Position numbers and translations under genes: made by a program. A stretch of DNA of 63,827 bases, counting the filler, from Octopus bimaculoides (Eukaryota), in NCBI RefSeq assembly GCF_001194135.2. It is 7 parts of 7 records of this genome, joined end to end, with 100 filler letters (N's around TTAATTAATTAA, not from the genome) between each part and the next. Parts side by side here need not be neighbours in the genome. Positions count along the whole stretch, not along the records: positions 51,038 to 56,843 come from NW_026433130.1; positions 56,944 to 59,166 come from NW_026352398.1; positions 59,267 to 60,968 come from NC_069007.1; positions 61,069 to 62,707 come from NC_068987.1; positions 62,808 to 63,827 come from NW_026364773.1; 2 more parts are not named here. One strand, given 5' to 3'. Of this stretch, positions 54,551 to 63,827 are shown piece after piece (within the stretch, counting starts at the first letter, position 1; every line of letters starts with the position of its first letter). Under the pieces are notes generated by a model. It saw only the letters and a list, made by a program, of their open reading frames with translations, had not been told where the DNA came from and did no database searches.

Positions 54551-55445
54551 TAGCATGGTATGTAAAAAATGCCACAGAACTGCTATTACTAGAAGTAAGA
54601 AGGTCAGGCTTGTGTAGGATGAAAGATTGCAAAGGTAAAGCACTGTACAAGAAATTGAAAACGAATGAAACTGAAAATAGGTGGGTAAAGAAAAGAATGC
54701 ATGGTCAATTTCATAGGGATGTTGAAGATAAGACAGACAGAGAAAAAAGATGCTTGTGGATGAATAAAAGTGATTTAAAACCGGAAACGGAGGCTCTAAT
54801 CTGTACTGCCTAAGAGCAAGCACTAAGAAAAAAACTACATAAAATACAGAATAGACAACACATCAGAAAGTGATAAGTGCAGAATCTGTGGACAAAGCGG
54901 TGAAACCGTATGGCATATTACCAGCCAATGTACGCCACTTTCCCAGAAGGAATATAAGAGATGCTACAACAATATAGCCAAGCTTATCCATTGGACACTT
55001 TGCAACAAGTATGGACTTGATAGAGCAAAAAATTGGTACGACCTGAAGGCTTTGTTGAAAATGGAAATGCAAAGATCCTATGAGATTTTATGATTCAGTG
55101 TGACCATGAGATAGAGAATAGGAAGCCAGACATAGTCTTAATTGAGAAAGAAAACAAACTATGCTGGATCATAGATATAGCATGCCCCGCTGACAACAAG
55201 GTATAAGATAAAGAAGAAAGAAAAGTCGAGAGACATGACAGGTTAGTTTGGGAAGTTAAGCAGTTGTGGTCGATGGAAAAGGTAGTGGTAGTACCAATAA
55301 TTGTCGAAGCCCTGAGAACAGTGAGCAAAAATCTCAAGAAGTACGTGGAACAAATAGGGGATGCAATAAGGGTGGAGCACTTGCAGAAAACAGCACTGCT
55401 TGGAACAGCTCGAATACTACAGAAGGTGCTTGAAAAATAAGAGGT
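54550..55445 (+). mobile_element. R4/Dong-like LINE, family B, 3' fragment with CCHC knuckle and RLE, directly after (AAT)n
   Basis: MHGQFHR...DLKPETEALI; CRICGQSGETVWHITSQC; KIL*DFMIQCDHEIENRKPDIVLIEK...IIDIACPAD...LQKTALLGTARILQKVLEK* with frameshifts. Confidence 0.9.
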
Positions 55446-55480
55446 NNNNNNNNNNNNNNNNNNNNNNNNNNNNNNNNNNG

Positions 55481-55800
55481 ACTACCATACCAGTGATTGT
55501 AGGATCTCTAGGAATGATAAAAAAAGTTACTGAAACCTATTTGAAAATGATACCAGGCTTACCATCCCTACAGGAAGTGCAAAAAATCGTGCTAACTAGA
55601 ACGACTCATGTACTGAGAAGAGCATTATCGCTGTAAAAACAACATCCATTCAAGAATATTTTTTTCTTAAATACATGTTTTACCTGTGAATTTGCGTGTG
55701 TAAACTGGGAATGCATACAACGAGTTTCTCTGCCCTAGGTGTACGGAAAACACTCGGCGAGAAATGGAAGAAAATTTGAAGAAAGAAGAAAAGAAACAAC
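55481..55800 (+). mobile_element. R4/Dong-like LINE C-terminus and 3' UTR (probable continuation of family A)
   Basis: TTIPVIVGSLGMIKKVTETYLKMIPGLPSLQEVQKIVLTRTTHVLRRALSL*, then a UTR running into an (AAT)-rich tract. Confidence 0.8.
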
Positions 55801-57099
55801 ATAATAACAATAATAATAATAATAATATTAATAACATTAATGATCACAATAGTATGAACAATAATAACATTATCGAGATTAGCAATAGCCATAGAACTAA
55901 TAATATAATACCTGTCAACCCCAATAACTTAAACTCCACACATCCACATAGAACATGTGATTGTAGAATAAGTAATAATTGTGTATTTAATAATAAGTGC
56001 ATTAGAAAGGAGGTAGTGTATGAATGTATAGTAAGTACACAATATGACAGCAAGGTATATGTGGGAGCGACAAAAAACAATATGAAACAGAGGCTTAATT
56101 ACCATAAGTATACGTTTAGAAACAGAAATAGAAGGAATTCTGCAGAGTTAAGTAGCTATATATGGGAACTTAAGGACGGATGAATTAACTATAATTTAAA
56201 TTGGAAAATTTAACAACAGCACCAGCGTATAATACTAGAAATAGAAAATGTATGTTAGGTATTAATGAAATTTTCTTTATAATTGGGGCTAAAATTCCGC
56301 TTATTAACAGCTTTAAGGAATGCAACACATCCTGTCTTCATAAAACTGGGCAGACCTTTTCGAAATACCACTAGCATCTAGCATTCATAAATCCCTACTG
56401 ACATAATAATAATTATTATTCAACTTATTATTGATGAGCTACTGTATTATATAATATATGATAATTATGCAGATGTATAAAAGAGGGTATATATTGAGTT
56501 AGCTATAACTATAGGCATGTATGTATGTGTGAGTATATACTACTATTATTGTTTTGCATTAATATCTGTGGGTATATTTGTATATGTGTATCTATGTACA
56601 TGCACTTGTGTATATATATATATATTTATATATGCACACATATATGTAGATTTATGTATGTGTGTTTGTGTTTTATGCTGGTACCTTTAACAAATAAACA
56701 TTGACTGGTTTATAATTTAAATTATATTACACCCCACAAGTATATGAAGTAATAGCATTATCTAGCACTATCCTTTGGACTTAATCATGTTTTTTTTATG
56801 TAACCTTGTATATATATATGTATATATATATATATATATATATNNNNNNNNNNNNNNNNNNNNNNNNNNNNNNNNNNNNNNNNNNNNTTAATTAATTAAN
56901 NNNNNNNNNNNNNNNNNNNNNNNNNNNNNNNNNNNNNNNNNNNCACACGCTTGATTGCTTGCTTCATGACCATCCTTGATAAGGATGGGATTCACCATGG
57001 CTCTTCGTCGCTGATGGCCCCGTGTCAGTCTCTCTGGAGATCTTGTTTAATCGCATCCAGCTACGTAGATGAATCGGTGAATAAGAGTAAACCCTTGAT

Positions 57100-57444
57100 A
57101 GGATGATCTAGCGAGTGCCGAAGGGCATGACCGTACCATCGCAACATCTATGTGGAGGAAAGCTGCGGGATGATGCAACACCTCAAGTCGGCTTTAGACA
57201 CAGTGACAGCGCATCCCTATGGAAAATTCTCAAGATTGTCGGCACGACTTACTAAACCAACGATTATATAGCAGTGCCAAGGGCTGATTGCGAGTTTATC
57301 CGAAAGACTCTTGCTGCCTCCCCATCAACAGTGGTGTCATATAGAGTTGCCTGCCCACATCTTACCTTTTCAATAGTTTTCGACTATCTGATAACGGACG
57401 TTTGTGAGCGAGTTTCTGGCGTTAACTTCCTTATAAACATTCAA
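57100..57444 (+). mobile_element. RTE-type LINE reverse transcriptase fragment
   Basis: CTCAAGTCGGCTTTAGACACAGTGACAGCGCATCCCTATGGAAAATTCTCAAGATTGTCGGC resembles LKSAFDTVDRxSLWKILKIVG with a frameshift; a decayed SGV motif follows. Confidence 0.55.
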
Positions 57445-58652
57445 NNNNNNNNNNNNNNNNNNNNNNNNNNNNNNNNNNNNNNNNNNNNNNNNNNNNNNNN
57501 NNNNNNNNNNNNNNNNNNNNNNNNNNNNNNNNNNNNNNNNNNNNNNNNNNNNNNNNNNNNNNNNNNNNNNNNNNNNNNNNNNNNNNNNNNNNNNNNNNNN
57601 NNNNNNNNNNNNNNNNNNNNNNNNNNNNNNNNNNNNNNNNNNNNNNNNNNNNNNNNNNNNNNNNNNNNNNNNNNNNNNNNNNNNNNNNNNNNNNNNNNNN
57701 NNNNNNNNNNNNNNNNNNNNNNNNNNNNNNNNNNNNNNNNNNNNNNNNNNNNNNNNNNNNNNNNNNNNNNNNNNNNNNNNNNNNNNNNNNNNNNNNNNNN
57801 NNNNNNNNNNNNNNNNNNNNNNNNNNNNNNNNNNNNNNNNNNNNNNNNNNNNNNNNNNNNNNNNNNNNNNNNNNNNNNNNNNNNNNNNNNNNNNNNNNNN
57901 NNNNNNNNNNNNNNNNNNNNNNNNNNNNNNNNNNNNNNNNNNNNNNNNNNNNNNNNNNNNNNNNNNNNNNNNNNNNNNNNNNNNNNNNNNNNNNNNNNNN
58001 NNNNNNNNNNNNNNNNNNNNNNNNNNNNNNNNNNNNNNNNNNNNNNNNNNNNNNNNNNNNNNNNNNNNNNNNNNNNNNNNNNNNNNNNNNNNNNNNNNNN
58101 NNNNNNNNNGTTCTACCTTTCCTCTTTTTCTTTCTCTTCTCCAACTTCGTATCTTCCTGCTCTTCGTCTTCCTTTTCTTCTTATTCCTTTTCTTCTTCTT
58201 CTTTGTTCATTTCTACTTGCTCATGTTTATCTTCTATTTCTTCTATTTTTCGTCATCTTCATATTTTCCTTAAACTCTTTCATATTCTCGTTCTTACCAT
58301 TCTTCATTTTCTTCTCCTTCATTATCAATTTCTTCGTCTTCATCATCATTACCGACATTATTCTTTTTCTCAGCCGTCAACATTGTCAAGTTCATCTTCA
58401 ACCTTATCATTAACTTCATGCATTGCCACAGACTACCGCAATAAGTTCACTTTATCATCAAATTCATTCATTACCATAGACTAACGCGGTCAGTTGCACA
58501 AACTTGAACGACATCATCATCATTAACAGCTTCCACAGAACAGTAATCAACTCTTCGTGTCTCCTATAGTCTAAGTCCTTACTCGAAATATGTTATATGC
58601 TGCCACAAATCTGTCCCATAAAAGTTCATTTTATCTCAATTTTATGTTTCAG

Positions 58653-58724
58653 GTATTTGAGTTATAACGGTCTCGATGAAATCGAAGCTGAAACCTTCCA
58701 AAACCTGTCCAGTTTAAAAACTCT
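58653..58724 (+). CDS. 72-nt internal exon encoding one typical-class leucine-rich repeat
   Basis: Acceptor TTTTATGTTTCAG and donor GTAAGT. Phase 2/2: g-YLSYNGLDEIEAETFQNLSSLKT-ct fits LxLxxNxLxxIxxxxFxxLxxLxxL, with exactly 24 codons. Confidence 0.9.
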
Positions 58725-59266
58725 GTAAGTTGAATCTGTCTTCATTTATAGTATATCGTTGATGCTATATTTTTATATCCTTTACTTGATTATATGATCC
58801 TCCACCAGTTTGTAATTATTTGTAAATGCCTGTTAAAAGTATAATATATGTCATATAGAAAAGTGCGTGACTATAATATATGGCATATAGGAAAGAGTTA
58901 GACTATAATATGTTTTATATAGGAAATTGTGTGACTTGAAAGGAAAATTTTCTGTACATGCATACACATGCGTCTGTATGAGAAGTCGTGCATTCACACA
59001 TGATTGTAATACGATGTGCGTAATATGTACGGTGATTACCACTAGATCGATGCTAATTACTATCCTTAAATATCACTTGTAATTGTATGTTTAGAAGTAG
59101 ATTATTCATACATTAATTCTTCTTCTTCTTCTTCTTCGTCTTCTTCTTCTTCTTCTTCTTCTACTTNNNNNNNNNNNNNNNNNNNNNNNNNNNNNNNNNN
59201 NNNNNNNNNNTTAATTAATTAANNNNNNNNNNNNNNNNNNNNNNNNNNNNNNNNNNNNNNNNNNNN

Positions 59267-59314
<48 letters not shown>

Positions 59315-59336
59315 ATACACATACATACACTATTAT

Positions 59337-59723
59337 TCTTTTACTTGTTGCAATCATTTCACTTCGGCCATGCTGGAGCATCACCTTAAAAGGTTTTTAG
59401 TCGAGGAAATCGACCCCAGGATTATGCTTTGTAAGACTAGTAATTACACTATCGGTTTCTTTTACCGAAACGCTACGTTACGGGGACGTAAACACACCAA
59501 CATCGGTTGTCAAGCGTTGGCGCTGGGGACAAAGACACACACATGAATACCCCCCCCCCACACACACACACGCATACGCGTATATATATATTTCGGTTTC
59601 CGTCTACCAAATCCACTCACAAAGCTATAATAGCAGACACTAGCTCAAGGTGCCATGCGGTGGGACTGAACCCGGAAGCATGTCGTTGGGAAGCAAACTT
59701 TTTAGCACACAGACACGCCTGCG
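59337..59723 (-). mobile_element. SINE family 3, near full length
   Basis: Reverse complement aligns with 51052-51500 from tail to head. Confidence 0.85.
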
Positions 59724-59779
59724 ACTATATGTATATATGAATATATATACCTATACCTATGTATGTGTGTGTGTGTGTG

Positions 59780-60420
59780 TTGCGTGTTGAAAACTAAAAG
59801 GTTGCGCGTTTTATCTTTTAGAAAGTTACACGTTGAAACTATAAAATATTTCTCGAGTTTGAAGTTTTAAAATCCCCGTTCTAATAATAGATTATTACGC
59901 TTTGGGATGGGATAGTTTTTGGGTGAAAGTAAACGTGTCGGGTGTTTTGAGTTAAGGATATGATATTAAAAGGTTGTACGATGGGTTGGGTGTGAAAATA
60001 TACGTGCAAAGTTACGTGTTTATAGGTGGAAAATTGCGCAATGTATGTTGAAAGTTTCTCTGCGAAATTTACAAAACTACGTGCTGGACGTAAAAAATTA
60101 TGCGTTGACTGCGAAAAATTACGTTTAAAATAAATAATTACGTGTTAGATATACTAAATATAAATGTTTATACAGAAAATACAGACGTTGAGTTGGGCGT
60201 AAAAGCCAAGTATTGTAAATATATAAAGTTACGCAGTGAATGTCAAAGATTTCGTGGTGACTGTGAAACGCTTTTGTGTAGAATGTAAAAAGTTACGTGT
60301 TTATTTGCGTAAGTTACGTTCAAGTTTAGAAAGGAGCTTTTTGTGGGATACAGAAATATTACAGGTTGGGTGTAAAAGTTACGTGCTCCCAGTTAACAAA
60401 CTGCGCGTTGAGTTTTGCAG
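59780..60420. repeat. Degenerate minisatellite built on (AAG)TTACG(T/C)G
   Basis: AAGTTACGTG, AATTACGTG, CTACGTG, AAGTTACGC and AAGTTACACG recur through the interval. Confidence 0.6.
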
Positions 60421-60579
60421 AGTTTCATTGTTCCACTTACAGAATGAAATTGTAAAGAAAAAATAATAAAATATGAATTAGAAGGTTCATTAATTGAAAT
60501 CGTATTGACAAGCGTCAAGAAGGACGAAACGGATCTATCCTTCTCGAGAGTATAGACTTAACAGGGTACCCAGATGGCG

Positions 60580-60639
<60 letters not shown>

Positions 60640-61069
60640 GTCTTTTCTTCAGCTCCAGACCACTCCAGATTTAACACATCTATAATCAAAGTTATTCTAG
60701 CCGTGACCATCCCATATTTCACTCTGCCATAGTCTATCTAGGACTGCATTATACAATGTGTCCTTTTATTTTTTTTTTTTACAGTAAAGTGTAGATTGAC
60801 AGATTCTATAGCTATGTCACATCTATCTACCTACGCTCAAAGTAGTTCCATCCGTGGCCATCCCGAATGCTATACCTGGAGGGTTATAGGAGATATTTTT
60901 GCAACATTTTGTTCGGTATTTTCCCATCCTGAGTTCAAATCCCACCCGTTCTCCTCTATGCAATTATGNNNNNNNNNNNNNNNNNNNNNNNNNNNNNNNN
61001 NNNNNNNNNNNNTTAATTAATTAANNNNNNNNNNNNNNNNNNNNNNNNNNNNNNNNNNNNNNNNNNNNA

Positions 61070-62706
61070 TTGGTAGGTTTGAGTGTATAATGTGAAACAT
61101 GTTGGTGATTGTAGGGTTGTGTGTGTTAATGAAAGGGATGATGTTTTCTTTGATTTTCTTTTTTGGTGTTCTGAGTTGTGTGATGTCCAGTTTTGTTGCT
61201 CTTTCGATTCCATTTTCTATTAAGGTGAGTGGGTATTTTTGTTCTAGTAGGAAGTTTTTAAGTTCCTCTAGTCTTATGTGGCGTGTCTGTGAGTCGGTCA
61301 CTATGCTGCATATGCGTCTTGCCATACTATATGGAGTGTTTCTCTTTATGTGGGATGGGTGGCAGGAGTAGAAACTTAAATATTGGTGTGTGTCGGTTTT
61401 TTTGTAGTGGATGTCTGTTGTAACGATGGAGTTGTGTATCTTGATGTTGATGTCTAGGAAGGGGAGTTCGTTGTAGTTGGTATCTATTGTGAAGTGGATA
61501 GATGGGTGCAGTGAGTTGAGGATGTTGTGGAATTTTCGTAGATCTTCTTCTGATCTGTTCCAAAAGATGAAACAGTCATCGAGGTAGCGTTTCCACTTTT
61601 TCTTGACGTCTTCTCTGAAGTTGTGTTCGAAGGTGTTCCCTATTTCATCGTATAACTTATTCGCAAGGAAACCCATCACTAGGTTGGCATATGAAGGTGC
61701 GAATTTCGTACCCATCGCCGTGCCCTTTATCTGTCGGTATGGTTTGTTGTTAAATGAGAAAGTGTTCTCTTCAAATATTAATTGGGTGGCTTTGGTGATA
61801 AAGTCTGTTTTGAAACGTTTATCTATGAGTTCCCTATATTTCTCTACCCAGTATTTAATCGCTTCCAGACCAAGGGTGTGTGGTATGTTTGTGTATAAGT
61901 TCGTGACATCGAATTTGCAAGTATGGTGTTTTCTGGAACCGTATTTGGAATGTGTGTGAGGAAGTCTATGGCATCCCTTATGTAGCTTGGTATCAGTGGG
62001 CATAAAAGTTTGAGGAGTATATCTACGAAGTGGCTTAGTTGCTGTGTTGGCACTTGGGGCCTTGCAACTATGGGTCTCATTGTAAGGTCTGCAGGTCTTT
62101 GTATTCTTATATAATGGTTCCTCGGTTCATTTATGGCTCCCTGTATTTCCGAGCTTTTATGGATTTTGGGTAATGCATAAAAATTGCTTTCTTTGGTTCT
62201 TGAGTTGCATAAATAGTATTTCTCCTTGTCTGTAAAGGACTCTTGGTATTCATTGATCAATGTTCCAATTTTTTTTTATTGTTGCTTTCTCTGGTTGTGT
62301 TGATTCCTCTTTGTAGTATGTCTGGTTATTAACTATCTCCAGTATCTTTTCTTTGTAGTAATCTGTATCCATAATTAATATTGCTCCACCTTTGTCAGCT
62401 TCTTTTAAAATGATCGACTTGTCATTTTTTAGTGTGTGTAAGGCTTGTTTTTCTCCTCTGCAGAGGTTCTGTTTGCATTTATGTGTGTTGAGAGGGAATT
62501 TGGAGATTGTCTCTATGTATGCGTCTAGGTGTTTGTCACATCCCTTGTGGGGGGTGAAATGGGATTTTTTCCTTATGATTGAGTTATCTTCTGTTTCCTT
62601 ATTTTCAAAGAATTCCATAAGGCGGAGGCGGCGGCTAAAGTTGTCTATATCAGTTTTTAGTTCTATGAGATTTGGTGTGGGTGTGGGTGTAAATTTGAGG
62701 CCTTTT
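61070..62706 (-). mobile_element. Penelope-like element RT, largely intact (few frameshifts), bounded by gaps on both sides
   Basis: LKEADKGGAILIMD; FYALPKIHKS; RPIV; FDVTNLYTNIP; GTAMGTKFAPSYANL; WKRYLDDCF; LPFLD; YLSFYSCHP...PYSMARRIC. Confidence 0.95.
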
Positions 62707-63427
62707 ANNNNNNNNNNNNNNNNNNNNNNNNNNNNNNNNNNNNNNNNNNNNTTAATTAATTAANNNNNNNNNNNNNNNNNNNNNNNNNNNNNNNNNNNNN
62801 NNNNNNNTGAAACACACACATGCTCACCCACACATTCACCAAAAAAATATATATATATACCCGTGTACACGCTCACACACACATATGCACAACATGCTCG
62901 CACACATACACACGTGCGCAAAAAAGGTTCATACACACGTCTATATATGCACATGCCCAAGAAAAAAACAGGGCTAAAGGCAAAATACAGAAAGAAGTGT
63001 GAAAAAGCTATTAGGGCAAAACGCGTCTATATGCACACATTCTCGCATGCATGCACACACATCTACATATGCACGTACCCGCACACATCCACAAGCACGC
63101 ACAAAAAGTTCCATGTATGCATCTATAGACGCACAGGAGAAAAGCAGGGTGGAATGGAGAATACAGAAAAAAATATGTGTAAAAAACACACAAAACATTA
63201 TCTCTATAAATATGCAAAAAAATATATAAGAAATCTAAGTAAGAAGTATAGAGAGATAAAAAGCTTGTATGTGGACACAATATAGAAAGCAAGTCCTATC
63301 AGTAAACTCAGGGGGACCAAAAACGTCGCAAATATTTGGCCACATGTGGACATGACCCGAAAAGTTCAGTTCTTGAATTTAGGCATGTGACGGGGTCTAA
63401 GCTGCCTTTCCAGATGAGCCATCTTTC

Positions 63428-63640
63428 CAAAGACCACACTTTCTGCTGCTGTTGGTGTAGGGTTTACATTTGGCTAAGATCTTCCAATGGATGTTGTAAC
63501 TGACACCTTTATCTTTTAAGGACCATGTATGACTGGATAATTTGGTCCAAATATATCCAAAATATATATCTAAGAAATTCCCTCCAAAAATCAAAGTCTT
63601 GGAAGACTTCGAAGCAGACCTACTGAAGCTCATTAACATA
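63428..63640. mobile_element. Two PLE fragments in opposite orientation: GIY-YIG C-terminal piece (-, 63428-63546) and N-terminal piece (+, ~63565-63640)
   Basis: Minus: TKLSSHTWSLKDKGVSYNIHWKILAKCKPYTNSSRKCGL. Plus: SKKFPPKIKVLEDFEADLLKLI. Confidence 0.7.
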
Positions 63641-63827
63641 AGAAATATTATGGAATGTTATGTTTTGTATTAAAAAAAATTATTAACCGATGTTGGTCAA
63701 TTTGTTCTCTCTCTCTCTCTCTCTCTTGTTCTGTCTCTTTCTTCCATTCTCTCTCTCTCTTTCTCTCTCTTCTACACACCTGTTTCTGTCCCTCTGTCAC
63801 ATACTAACCTCTCATCATCTGGCACAA

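Larger units (their letters stand above)
52780..56370 (+). mobile_element. Penelope-like element (RT thumb 52780-53640, GIY-YIG endonuclease 55800-56370) split by nested insertions
   Basis: EPYIKENSTLRYINNSSNHP...ISNLSSNEEIFN...ALKNAGY; LINKHF...NNKTIRIRYS..HN; then RTCDCRISNNC...VVYECIV...VYVGAT..NMKQRLNYHKYTF...LSSYIWELK. Confidence 0.85.

Overview
AT-rich animal genomic DNA with very dense microsatellites and many N gaps. The SINE repertoire, microsatellite load and 100-bp gap spacers suggest an octopus assembly, possibly Octopus bimaculoides (inference from recall, no search run). Most of the window is intron-like sequence filled with decayed transposons: several tRNA-derived SINE families, maT (DD37D) and mariner DNA transposons, MITEs, CR1/L2/RTE/L1-type LINE fragments, R4/Dong-like restriction-endonuclease LINEs and at least four Penelope-like elements (PLEs). 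Only one host exon is firm: a 72-nt phase-2/2 leucine-rich-repeat exon at 58653-58724 (+), absent from the ORF track. The best leads are: (1) a complete minimal type-I hammerhead ribozyme fold with a CCGACGA core variant in a PLE pseudo-LTR (45239-45283), plus two degenerate hammerhead-like motifs; (2) a nest of PLE > (AAT)n > two R4/Dong-like elements (52.8-56.4 kb); (3) an unassigned, frameshifted antisense coding-like segment (36784-37297); (4) a ~470-bp palindrome carrying two perfect CRE sites; (5) a shared SINE/LINE 3' tail. I cannot claim a confirmed new biological system. Boundaries of decayed repeats are approximate.
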